From: Schizochytrium sp. TIO01
Lineage: Eukaryota; Protista; Bigyra: Labyrinthulomycetes
Reading direction: 5' to 3'
Length of the DNA stretch: 64,000 nucleotides
NCBI GenBank assembly: GCA_004764695.1
Contig: SMSO01000031.1
Location: 6,368,761-6,432,760, forward strand
This document shows, piece by piece, positions 26,262 to 36,558 of this stretch. How positions within the stretch are numbered: position 1 is the first letter of the stretch; every line of letters starts with the position of its first letter. Position numbers and translations under genes: made by a program. The notes under the pieces are model-generated. The model saw nothing but the letters and a program-made list of their open reading frames with translations, did not search any database and was not told where the DNA came from.

Positions 26262-26338
26262 GTGCGCCTCGCCAAGTCAATTCTTATACTACTAAGGACC
26301 TTAACCTTCTTGAGCAAGGCATGCATTCATCAGTGTAT
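26262..26338 (+). repeat. Direct repeat copy 2 (77 bp), right of the HNH gene
   Basis: See copy 1. Starts are 1893 bp apart. Confidence 0.95.
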
Positions 26339-26449
26339 ATAAATAAGATGTAATAATTTCTCCCGCTTCCGCTATCGAAAACACCGTACTAGGGTCTATT
26401 TAGCAAAACAACTCCTAAACAACCCTAATATGTTTCTATTCGACCAAAA

Positions 26450-27171
26450 TTTACACGTTATTCAACTCATACCAACTCTGTGATGGTATGTAGATGACGA
26501 GTTTTATAAGAAATACACCTCGTTTTCATCTTGCCACCCAGCCTTAAAGGTTTGCCTATTGTTGCCAGTTCTCTAGCTGCCATAGGTAGTCAGTCACTGT
26601 TCATAGAAGTAGGGACTGTAGTTGAGCGTGAAAAAAGTTGAATTTTTTCGTACTTTGGTCTACTAACATAAGCACCGGTCTGGCAGAGAGAGTGTGCGCA
26701 GTCACCGTCTGCAAGCCACATATAAGCTTTCAAAGTATCCTGGTACTCGAAGCGAAACTGATCCAAAGCGCCACCCGTCTCGCTTTGTTCAGGCAAAAAA
26801 CCCAGCTGTTTTGAAGTGGTACAATCAACCCTGCCACGCCGAGATTAGCTGCCGACCGAATTGCCACAGCTCGCTTTGAACCTTGTCTTCCTGGGATGTC
26901 TTCAAATACGAAGCGACCGTCGATCACAAGTGTCTCTGAAGATCCGTTAAGACCAGCCCTTGCGTCCAGAGCAAATGATTTCATTATTTACTTTGCGAGT
27001 CGCAGCTGCTTGGAAAACGAGTTCTTTCCTTTTTCTTTGAGGATAATGACCAGCGCGCAAACGAATGTAAGCATGGAGACTCCAAGGGTCGGCACCTCTG
27101 CATGGGGCACTACTGTTCTCAAGAAGAAGAGGTCGCTCACTCTTCATGTTTCTTCTTCGTTTTGGTGACAA
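26450..27171 (-). pseudogene. Interrupted gene of unknown function
   Basis: Overlapping minus-strand fragments (26947-27171 and 26590-26796 in the same frame; 26730-26984 in another) separated by stops. Confidence 0.3.
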
Positions 27172-27364
27172 TTATTTTCTCCCTTTGTTCTATTTCCATT
27201 TTCTAGAAGAAAAGCGAGGTATTTATACTTAAAGTTTTAAAGGAAAATGAGAAAGAAATAAAAGAAAAGAAAAAAAGAGGTACCTTGGTTCGTCTTCTTC
27301 TTCTTCTTCTTCTTCTTCTTCTAGTGATGTCTCGACTGCTCTTTGCTCGTCCTCTCTCACTGGA

Positions 27365-27910
27365 GTGGTTGCACAAGCAGTCTGCTCTGCTGCGAAGGGA
27401 TACAAGCGAGAGGATGCCGAGAAGCTTGCCTCTCAAAGCGTGAATGACGACTCTGCCTTTGTGTACAGCCTTGACGAAGTTTGGAAACTTGCGGGCTTCA
27501 GTAGAAATGGCATTGCTAAACGAGCTATCTTTGGTTCGAAGTTACAGAGTTCGTTGTACAGGGGAAGGGCTCAAAAGGGGCGAAGAAGTCAAATTTCTAA
27601 ATACTATCGCGAAAACGAGCACAAGAAAGGAATAGCAACAACGAAAACAGAAGTAAAAATCGAAGAAACGAAGAATGCTCCACCGCGGCGGTCACAATCG
27701 CGAGGATATCCGTATGACTCGCTTCGTGCTTGTGAGGTTCCTCCTCTCTGGGCGGACTCCGGCCTCCACTGCACTTGCGAAAACTGTCTGCAGATCGAAG
27801 ATCGAAACGGGTTCTGTTTGCCTTCGCAGCCTTCTTAACAGAAAGCGAGCGCTGTCATCCTCGTCAAGTTGGGGCCCGCAAATATGCGTTCCCTCCCTCC
27901 ATTGCTAAAT
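27365..27910 (+). pseudogene. Frameshifted NCLDV-type antirepressor-like (AntA/MSV199-like) DNA-binding protein
   Basis: AFVYSLDEVWKLAGFSRNGIAKRAI is followed, in a shifted frame, by RGGHNREDIRMTRFVLVRFLLSGRT. This matches the giant-virus pattern F.I.LD.VW.WLGFS.K.NAKR...GGHNKE.I.LT...FK.FC. Confidence 0.7.
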
Positions 27911-27959
27911 TTATTCGCAAGAATAAAGACCTTCTCGCGCAGCGATTTCGAACATGGAA

Positions 27960-29039
27960 TCCTCGATAGACTTCATCTTGAACACGCACGCATGCATTGC
28001 CCTTTGCCATCCCATTCCTCTCATTTCACAGGCGCTTTCGTTTTTGAAGCCTCTGTTAACAAGATAGGCTTTTCTCTAGGAGACTTATTGAATCTTAAAT
28101 ACCCTCTATACCCCCTTCAGTCTTAATCCACAATATATGACTCCTACGCGTACCCCTCTGCACACTTCTTCCCACCCTTGCCAACAAAATCTCGCCGAAT
28201 TGAGGACACACTTCCTAATGTTACACTTTGGCGCTGAACTTGAGTTTCCCTCTTTTTCTTTCAGTCTTTCAAGGATCGTTCATAATAAACAGTTGAAAGC
28301 GGGTTAGGATGTGTCCAATTTAGGCTGCCATTCTAAAGGGACTCCAGATTCTAAAGCAGGGGAGAAAACATCCGTAGATTCGCCATATCAGAAGATCTTA
28401 TGTTGCTTCTCTTGTGTAAATACTGATATTTGCGGCTTTTTCTCTTCTTAATATTCTAAATGGTTTGTTTGCCTTTCCCACGAAGTGTCTTCAAAAGCTT
28501 CATCGATACTGCAGCCTAGTATATGCAAACCAGATACACGAAATGTGAATACGATTGCAAAGCTCAGGATTTATGGTCCATTGTCGTCAATCTTGAATCC
28601 TTATATACATCTAATATGTACTGTAGACTAGAATCCATGAAATCGTAGGCTAATTCATTATGTTGCCTTTGACCTCATTACCCTTGATATCCTGAAACCT
28701 CTTCGCTCGTCTCCAAGCCCCTTTCTTAGATCGTTTTCACCATTCAAGGCGCTCAAGACAACAATTGATTTATCGAATGCATTGCACTCTAAGGCATCCA
28801 TCTTTTAGTTGAGGTTTTGTCACCTCACAAAGTGCCTCCCAGTGTAGGACGAAGCAGTCATACGAAAGGCCTCTATTCGCAAACCCTGTCATCATGTACC
28901 CGTGCCGTCGCAGCCATTGCCGACACATGTTGCCGTGACCTTGGCAAGCTCCCTCACCGCCTTGAGCCCGCTCTGCTCGCAGAGACTGTCCGATGATCTT
29001 CTGCGACACCCTCAACTCCAATTCGACCTCCATCTCCAA
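27960..29039 (-). pseudogene. Heavily decayed coding-like sequence
   Basis: ORF 28770-29039 is followed by protein-like frames with many stops. No family recognised. Confidence 0.25.
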
Positions 29040-29206
29040 ACTTGCGGAGCGCGTGAACGGAACGGATAGAAACAGAACGGAACGCCCATCACCACTGCTA
29101 CTACTACACAGCTACTGCTACAACTATACTTGGTATCTAACGACCTCTTTGAATCAAAACATAAAGAGATCGTGGGATCCACAGAAGAGAGCAAAGAGAA
29201 CAAACG

Positions 29207-29248
29207 AGAACACAGTAGAACACAGTAGAACACAGTAGAACAGAACAC
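29207..29248 (+). repeat. 10 bp tandem repeat (AGAACACAGT)x3 plus partial copies
   Basis: Read directly from the sequence. Confidence 0.85.
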
Positions 29249-30430
29249 GCAAAGAGTCAAACATTAAAGTGCGAGGAGTTTGGCAGAGCACGCTCCAAAG
29301 TGATCTCTTCTGCAGGCCGCACACGCGCTTCGTAAGTTGGGCCTCACGGCCTCCACCCATCGTGGCGTGGACTGGTGCGTGTTGCGGTCGCTCCCGATGC
29401 CGGCGTGAAGGCCTGCCTTTGCGTTCTTTGGGGTCTCGTATTTCTTTTCTTGGGGCTCTGCGACGAAGTCTTAAGAGAAGGGCGCAGCAGAAGAACTGGG
29501 TTAAGGAGGGCGGACCCTAACGCTACCGAGAGGCAACATTAGCGCCGCAAAGATAACGCTAGATGCCCAAAGATAACGATACGCGCTTCAATGACGAAGC
29601 TGCTGACAATCCTTTGAAAGCTGAATCGCCGTCGGAAAGGACCCATGCTCTTGAGGGAAAACTCCTGTCGTGACCCCCACTGAGCCAGCGCCGAAGAGGG
29701 AGTGTATGGAGGGCCGGCGGGGGAGGGGGGTGCTGGGGGAGAGTGTCGACGGGAAAAGTGCGAACAGAGAATTAAATTCTCTTTCTTTTCTTTTCTTTTC
29801 TTTTCTTTTTTAAAAATTATTTTTTGTTTTGTTGTTGTTATTCATCGCGTGAGGAATTCTGACGCCTTCGATTGCGTTTGGAGCGATGGGCCGATTGATT
29901 GATTGATTCGCTCCACCGCCCTTCGGCTGCAGGTCGAAGGAGGAAGCTGCTCGTGCCTTGATATGGCGATGCCTCAGGTCTTGATTGTTGCAGTGATACA
30001 TGACACTTGTTAGTCTGTCAGAGTTTGTCAAATGAAGTTATTGTGATTGTTGTTGTTGAAATCACGAGTGCTAGGGAGTCCTAGTCGTAAAGCTTAGGAG
30101 GGCCTAGAGGTTGTGGAGTTCAGAGTTCGAGTTCGATCGATCGATCACCAATGAGGAAACCTCGAAAGCGCACCGTCGCTCGTTCTTAAGCGCTTAGTCG
30201 CTTGGCTTTGCAGCAAACCTGGAATTGAGCACGTAAGCTCGGAGACGGCAGCTGGGTAGCTAGGCAGCGATCGAGCTGGGGCGCTCGCTGGGCGCTGGGA
30301 CTGGCTGGTGGAGCGCTGCGGAGCGTTCACGCGCTCGTTGAAAGCACCGCCTCACTCACTGATTCACTGGGAGGCGAACTCGACGGATCGACTAGCTTGG
30401 ACCTACTGAGCGAGCTCTCTTCGTCAGCCC

Positions 30431-32110
30431 ATGTTTGGACTCGTGGCGAATTCGACGGCGGCCTCGTGGCGGGAGGGAAACGCACCGCTGATGGAAATGG
30501 GTGCGAAGATTACGGATACATTTATGGCGTCGACGAGGCATTTGGCGGGAGGTGATCATCGATTGGCTAAAGTTGCAGCTCTGGCTGTGCTGGCACTACT
30601 AGTGCTTGAGTGGGCTTGGAGGGCTTACAAACAGAACAAAGGCGCGGCAATACTCAACGTATTTTGCCTGGAACAAGGTACACTTGAGAAGACCCTGCAG
30701 GATTTGAAGGATATTGACGCAGATGCAACACTTGCAGATGCCACAGAGCCTCGTGCGAGAGCATCGAGACCTGCCCCCCTTGACACAAATCTTAGCGAGT
30801 CTTCGCTCTCTGTGAGATCTCCTGTTTCAGGCTCATCACACTCTTCTTCGCCATTATCATTATCGCCATTGCCTTCACCAGGAAGCTATATCCGAAAGTT
30901 AATCACTGGTGATAATGCTGAGGAGGAGCAGCGTAGAATTTGCCTCGCAGCAGCCACGAGCGCTGCAGGGCTTGCGGCAGCCAAATCCGCAGCCAAAAAA
31001 AACGAGGGATGTGAATATGTAGACCTTGGCACCCCTGCAGGAAACCGTGTGTCGTACTTTAAATCGAACTTTACATCCATGGTTGCTGAAGCTTTGCAGT
31101 CACTTGAGGCTTACACAACGCCTACTTTTTACAACCCGCATTTGATGACAGGAGCACCAATTCTGCGCATCGATGAAGAAACCGCCTTTGAGCGCCACGT
31201 CCTGGTAGAGTTCATCGATGGACACCGTGTAGAGGTTGCAGCAGATACTCTTCAAGGCCCTGGAGCTACAACCTCTTCGCCTTCCTTCATCATTGTACCT
31301 GGTTTTGGAGGTTCTTCAGGTAAGAACTTGTATCGAATTCTTGCTAAGTCCATTGCGGAAAAGTTCCGCGGATATGTTCATATTCTCCATGAGCGTGGCG
31401 AAGGCGGCGTACCTCTCCGTTCCTTCAAGCTCCACAAAATGGATACGCGGATGCTCGAATCTCTCGTGAAGAAAGTTCGTGCCGATCGTGGCGAAAATGT
31501 CCCACTCTTTGGCCTCGGACTCTCTCAGGGCGGTGCGCTACTCCTTAAATATGCACAAACGTTTCCGGAACCCAAAACTTGTCCGCTTGACGCCATCATG
31601 ACTGTAGGATCGACTTTTCAGTACCAGGTGGGTTTGCAGCTTATGGAGATTAACGGACTTGTTGGTCGTTGCTACTCTTATATTCTGGCAAAGATGCACA
31701 TTGGCATTCTTCGAAAGAACCAGCACGTACTCGAAGCTCTCGAGAACTTCAGTCTCGAAGATCTTGCAGCTTGCAAAAATCTTAGCGACCTTGACCGCAA
31801 GCTCGCAGGGCCTATTTATGGCCACCACAGTGTTGTGGACTACCACGAAAGCTTCAATTTGGTGGAACAAGCTCACAAGATCAACATCCCTGTCCTTTGC
31901 TTGCACTCTGAGGATGATCCTCTCTTTTATACTGACACTCACCGCATCCAGCGTGAAGCGAGCCGGTGCAGTCGTCGAATTGTATTCTTCAGTGTTCCCC
32001 GTGGTGGACACCTCAGTTTTTGTGAGCGTGGTGTGAAATCAACATATGTTACGCGCGTAGCTGATCGTTTCTTTCAAACCGTTTTAAAAGCTACAAATGT
32101 TGATCATTGA
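30431..32110 (+). CDS. Alpha/beta hydrolase, ABHD1/2/3-YheT-like lipase/acyltransferase
   Basis: 559 aa. IIVPGFGGSS oxyanion region, GLSQGG nucleophile elbow, LHSEDDP acid and GGHLSF His. N-terminal hydrophobic anchor. Confidence 0.92.
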   Translation: MFGLVANSTAASWREGNAPLMEMGAKITDTFMASTRHLAGGDHRLAKVAALAVLALLVLEWAWRAYKQNKGAAILNVFCLEQGTLEKTLQDLKDIDADATLADATEPRARASRPAPLDTNLSESSLSVRSPVSGSSHSSSPLSLSPLPSPGSYIRKLITGDNAEEEQRRICLAAATSAAGLAAAKSAAKKNEGCEYVDLGTPAGNRVSYFKSNFTSMVAEALQSLEAYTTPTFYNPHLMTGAPILRIDEETAFERHVLVEFIDGHRVEVAADTLQGPGATTSSPSFIIVPGFGGSSGKNLYRILAKSIAEKFRGYVHILHERGEGGVPLRSFKLHKMDTRMLESLVKKVRADRGENVPLFGLGLSQGGALLLKYAQTFPEPKTCPLDAIMTVGSTFQYQVGLQLMEINGLVGRCYSYILAKMHIGILRKNQHVLEALENFSLEDLAACKNLSDLDRKLAGPIYGHHSVVDYHESFNLVEQAHKINIPVLCLHSEDDPLFYTDTHRIQREASRCSRRIVFFSVPRGGHLSFCERGVKSTYVTRVADRFFQTVLKATNVDH

Positions 32111-32401
32111 TAAACGATGCGTTTGGCTTGGCTTATGTTCTCCCGTCTGCCCCTCGCAAGACAAGACTGATCCATTTATACGCACCTACCTGAAACACTT
32201 ATTTGGCCAGACCAAAAGCAGCGAGCAAGCAACCTTCAGTGAACCTTATTTGCGTTGCTCGCTGCATGACTGACTACGTAAAATTGCAAATATAAATCAT
32301 TTTCTGTTCTCTTTTATTTACGAATGAAGTTGTTGACGACTTGTGTCTCTAGTAAAAGAACTGTATAAATTTAAATCGACTATTGCATAGAAATGCCTCA
32401 A

Positions 32402-34042
32402 TTACTCTGCTTTCTTTGCCTTCTTCTTTGTCCTACCTGTAGATTTACTAGATTTGCTTTTGGAGTCATCTCCGTTTTCGTCCTTCGAAGATGACTTGCG
32501 CTTGCTGTTCTGTTTGTTGGACTCTGGCTTGTCCTCCTTCTTTTCCTTCTTAGATGTAACCTTCTTTTTGTTTTCATTGTCTTTTTTCTTCTTCTCACCG
32601 GAGGATGAGTCATTGCCCTTGCCAGAAGAGGCTCCAGGTCCAGGATATGCGCGGGCAAGCTTGTCAACATCAAACTTAGTGCGTGATGATTTGTACGTCA
32701 TGCAGCGAATCTTGCCAAAAATCTCACGTTCCTTCCAACCTTGATCATGGATACCCATAATGCTCCAACCTACGCCAACAACACTATTCGGGTCTCCACC
32801 ATCGAGATTGTAAATATCATTGAGACGCAAGCCATAGTCAAGCGCCTCTTCAGGAGTTTCTGTCCATATCAGAAGCTGTTTGGCCCAGTACATGCGCAGC
32901 CAGCCATGCATCTTACCTTCTTCGCGCGCCATCACTTGCGCAGCATTCCAAAGTTCATCGTTCGTGCGTGCTTCCGCTAGCTCTTCAAAGGAATAAATAT
33001 GCGGGCGCTTGTCTTTTTTGTGGACTTCAAGGGTCTCCCTTGCCCACTCGTAAGCTGCTTCAAGTGAGTCGTATTTCGGTTCAAAGTGGCAGTAGTTATC
33101 TGCAAGCTCGCGTCGTACCAGACACTCCTCGACAAAACCGTTGATTTCGCTTGACGGGATTGACTTGTTTTCCTTAGCATATGCCTCGGCGTCCAATATA
33201 ACGCGCTGCGGGGCAATAAAGCCATAATTCATATACGGCGACATATTCGACACAGCCTTTGCATTCGGATCGTTGCGGTCACGGTCATACTTGCCAAGAC
33301 GTTTCGCATCTAGAAAAGCTTCGAGCGTCTTCCGAGCACCCGATGGGCCAGGAGGGAAAATACCATTCACAGGTTCTACGGAAGTGTCCATCTTGTAATC
33401 CGACTTTAGTTTTTCAAACATTCCATCAAAGTCGGCATCATGTAGCTTCTCGTCTGGTGAGGGCATTTTCTGCACCTCAGGGAAATCCTCCAGAAACTCA
33501 TCCTTTCTGCGATTGATCTTCGAGCGAATAGTGCGCGCCGCATACTCGCGTTTGTCAGAGGTCTCCCAGCACGGAATCACATTGTGAGCATCAACCATAC
33601 AAATGGGAATATCCAATTGTTTGACAACCTCAGAGTCCCAGTTACGTTTAGGTCTCATAGGAAAGAAGTCCATGACCAGAGCTCTTGCTTTCACCTTTTT
33701 GCAATAGTTTACAAGGTCAGACGGAACTTGCTCGCTCAGCGTGACATGCATCGGGATGTTCTTGGAGTGTAGTTTCTTCTGAGTCTCTCCAAGTCCTTTG
33801 AGCAAAAACGAATAGTGACGTTGGTTCCAGTACATGTACTTGGTGGGGACAAATAGCACAACGGCGAGAGTGGCGTTCTTCGCAAAGGCGAGACTTTGCG
33901 CCTTCAATAGTGCCCAGTTGTCGTCTGCACGCTTTTCGCGATGCATCCAGTACACAATAGGACCATCATTTTTGTCATCTGAGACGATTTTCTCTTCGTC
34001 CTGCAGCCACTGCACACGTTCATCCTTAACTTCAATCTTCAT
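32402..34042 (-). CDS. phr: Class II CPD DNA photolyase
   Basis: 546 aa. VYWMHREKRADDNWAL, VDAHNVIPCW, EYAARTIR, RRELADNYC, GKMHGWLRMYWAK, DGGDPN, HDQGWKEREIFGKIRCM. Lys-rich C-terminal tail. Confidence 0.96.
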   Translation of the reverse strand: MKIEVKDERVQWLQDEEKIVSDDKNDGPIVYWMHREKRADDNWALLKAQSLAFAKNATLAVVLFVPTKYMYWNQRHYSFLLKGLGETQKKLHSKNIPMHVTLSEQVPSDLVNYCKKVKARALVMDFFPMRPKRNWDSEVVKQLDIPICMVDAHNVIPCWETSDKREYAARTIRSKINRRKDEFLEDFPEVQKMPSPDEKLHDADFDGMFEKLKSDYKMDTSVEPVNGIFPPGPSGARKTLEAFLDAKRLGKYDRDRNDPNAKAVSNMSPYMNYGFIAPQRVILDAEAYAKENKSIPSSEINGFVEECLVRRELADNYCHFEPKYDSLEAAYEWARETLEVHKKDKRPHIYSFEELAEARTNDELWNAAQVMAREEGKMHGWLRMYWAKQLLIWTETPEEALDYGLRLNDIYNLDGGDPNSVVGVGWSIMGIHDQGWKEREIFGKIRCMTYKSSRTKFDVDKLARAYPGPGASSGKGNDSSSGEKKKKDNENKKKVTSKKEKKEDKPESNKQNSKRKSSSKDENGDDSKSKSSKSTGRTKKKAKKAE

Positions 34043-35217
34043 TTTCTAGCCTAATTTGAGACCCAGAGCCTTTTCGTAGAGCGCCAACAAAATGTCTAGC
34101 TTGCTGTCTGTCTCCACAGCAATAAATTCTACTCCGAGTGTCCTAACGACCTTGTCTCGACGCCCTTCGAAGCAGCACTTTTCTCTCTCGACCAAACAGC
34201 ACGTTTGCAAGAAGATCCTTCAGACTGCTTTCAACTTCTTCGTCAAGCCCAGTGACAGAATGAGCAGGCGAGAACTCCTCCCTCGAGTTGCGTGCCGAGA
34301 CAGGTCAGGGTCCACGTTATGGTTTTGTCGCCACCTGCGATGCCTTTGACGTTGTTCACAACCACCAAACAATTCGACTTTAGTACCTGCAAGCTACTGC
34401 GAGTGTCACTCCCTTTCTTCGTCATCTGCGATTCCTATTTTCGTTGTATGCGTTTACTTTTATAAAGCTAACTTTGTTACTTGCAAGCTTGCGCCTCGAA
34501 TGGCTCCTTAGCCTCACCTTTAACCAGGCTCATCTTCCTTATGCACATTACATGACCAGCGTTATCTAATATATTTAATAAACCATAATTCACCATGTTT
34601 GGTAATATTGAACTGTCTATTTTCGTTACAGTACAAGAATGAAAAAAATCTGAAGATTGGCTTTGAGAAACTACTTTTCTCGAGATTTTTAAGGTCTAAT
34701 TTTGAGCGAGCTCTGCTTCGAATCGATTTATAGAATACTTTGGAGTGTCCCACGGGAAGACGGCTTATGAAATGCCAGCGGGGCCCTGGGCTAATTCCGT
34801 TTAGATCCTTTGGGAAAGAGGCTCATAAAGAAATAGACCGCTTAGTTTTGGAATGGTGTGTACCTGCAGGTGCCCTTTTGGTAGTCCTCGTGCAAGCGCG
34901 GAGTTTGCATGAAATAGACAATCAGTCGGAGTGGTGAATCTCGTTACCTTTTCTTGGCACTAGTAATGTTCACATTCTGAAACAAATGGCGAACTTGGGA
35001 ATTAGTGGAGTGAAACTACAGCACCAAACCTGCTCTAGTGGCAAGGGCTCATTGTGGCGAGATCGACTTCAATTTGGTGTTGTATATGCGTTCTTGGCAG
35101 CTGAAGAGAGGTTCTTCTCTGCATTTATCGGGCAAAGAACAAGGCAACGCCAAAGTTAAGCGGGGAAACAGACAAAGTTTTTACTTTTGATTAGGGGCAC
35201 TACGTAGATTTCTCCAT

Positions 35218-36558
35218 ATGGGCAACTCTTTGCCATGCGGTACGACAAATACTTCCGCGGTTACTGACTCATCGGGTTGGAATTGCTCCCTTGCTGCAAC
35301 ATCTACAGAGCTCGGTAGCTGTAACTTTAATGCAACATACACTCTCAACAACGGAACGACGCTTCAACTTTCAACATGTCTTCGTTATCAAGATGTGCAA
35401 CCTCCAGGGTATGCTGTTATGCTCGCGTCCTCAGAAGACCTTGACTCTTTTTGGTGTTCAACAGCAGAACACCTTGAACAAACAAATATATCAGGCTTGC
35501 TAGAGATCGCAGACTGCGAATGCACAGAAGATAACTCTGATTCTGATAGCGCAGCGAGTAACTGGTTACTTGGAGTCATGTTTAGTATTCTTTCTTCGTT
35601 CTGTACTACATTCGGTACAATTCTACAAAAATATGCACATATTGTGAACGATCGAAAGGAAAAGAAAGCTCGTGAGTTAGGTGGTATTTTACTCTCGCCT
35701 TGGTGGTTGTTCGCTCTCTTCATTATGGTGTTGTTGCCTCTGCCTTTTGACTTTATCGCGTTTTCACTGGCACCTCAATCACTTCTTGTTCCCTTTGCGG
35801 GGATGACTATTCTTCTGAACGCAATTTTTGCCCCCATTCTTCTCAAGGAAAAAATTACCATGATTGAAATTATTGCAACCACGGTCATCCTTGTTGGCCT
35901 GGTCACGACCACAGCGAGTGGTCCAAAGACAGACGCGGATTTAGATGCCTGTGCGTTGCTGGCCCGATATAATGACCTCGATTTCTTGCTTGCCGTTATT
36001 GTACCTCTCGTCATTTGCGCAATCTCCCTTTACTTCATTCATTTTATTGAAAGCTCACCTCTAATCAACCAAATGAAGCCATTGCTTTATGCTATCTGCG
36101 CTGGAGCCTTTGGAGGAGTGGGCAACATATTTTTCAAGGCAACAGGTGAAATGGCACAGGCGAGTATTTCTGGTAGCGATGGTGTTATCAGCCCGTGGAC
36201 AACAATTCACCCATACTATCATATTATCTTCACTATCATGCTAGCAGTTTTGCAAATCAGCCACATCAACCAGGGACTTCGACGATACGATGCCGTTCTC
36301 TATCTCCCGATGTATAATACAGCATACATTCTTATTAGTGGCTCAGTAGGTGCTATAGTCTACAAGGAATTCTCTGGATACAGTACTCTTCAATTTGTGT
36401 TGTTTCCATTAGGTGTTTTTATTACACTCATGGGAATCATTTTGATGACCAGGAAGCAAACAAACGCTGAAGTGGCTCCACTTCCTCTTGAAGAGGCGCC
36501 CAAAGTTACTACATTACAGGTAAAGCCCTTCGTCACTGGAGAAAGAAACGGAGCATAA
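35218..36558 (+). CDS. NIPA-family Mg2+ transporter with Cys-rich N-terminal extension
   Basis: 446 aa. GTILQKYAH, PWW, FIAFSLAPQSLLVPF, LLKEKI, INQGLRRYDAVLYLPMY, GAIVYKEF. About 9 TM segments. Confidence 0.9.
   Translation: MGNSLPCGTTNTSAVTDSSGWNCSLAATSTELGSCNFNATYTLNNGTTLQLSTCLRYQDVQPPGYAVMLASSEDLDSFWCSTAEHLEQTNISGLLEIADCECTEDNSDSDSAASNWLLGVMFSILSSFCTTFGTILQKYAHIVNDRKEKKARELGGILLSPWWLFALFIMVLLPLPFDFIAFSLAPQSLLVPFAGMTILLNAIFAPILLKEKITMIEIIATTVILVGLVTTTASGPKTDADLDACALLARYNDLDFLLAVIVPLVICAISLYFIHFIESSPLINQMKPLLYAICAGAFGGVGNIFFKATGEMAQASISGSDGVISPWTTIHPYYHIIFTIMLAVLQISHINQGLRRYDAVLYLPMYNTAYILISGSVGAIVYKEFSGYSTLQFVLFPLGVFITLMGIILMTRKQTNAEVAPLPLEEAPKVTTLQVKPFVTGERNGA

Larger units (their letters stand above)
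14200..29100. mobile_element. Putative decayed endogenous large-DNA-virus-derived island
   Basis: Densely packed, mostly interrupted ORFs with short AT-rich spacers. Contains two virus-type antirepressor-like relics, an ankyrin relic and an acidic protein, and is flanked by ordinary host genes. No capsid, polymerase or integrase recognised; ends approximate. Confidence 0.55.

Noticed and set aside
14000-29500. Polinton/virophage or DNA transposon interpretation of the island
   Set aside because: No terminal inverted repeats, pPolB, integrase, packaging ATPase, capsid or transposase motifs were recognised.
29207-29590. Short repeats (10-mer tandem; CAAAGATAACG x2) as a possible CRISPR-like array or element terminus
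   Set aside because: Too short and too few copies, with no repeat-spacer structure. No matching inverted copy was seen at the island's left end.
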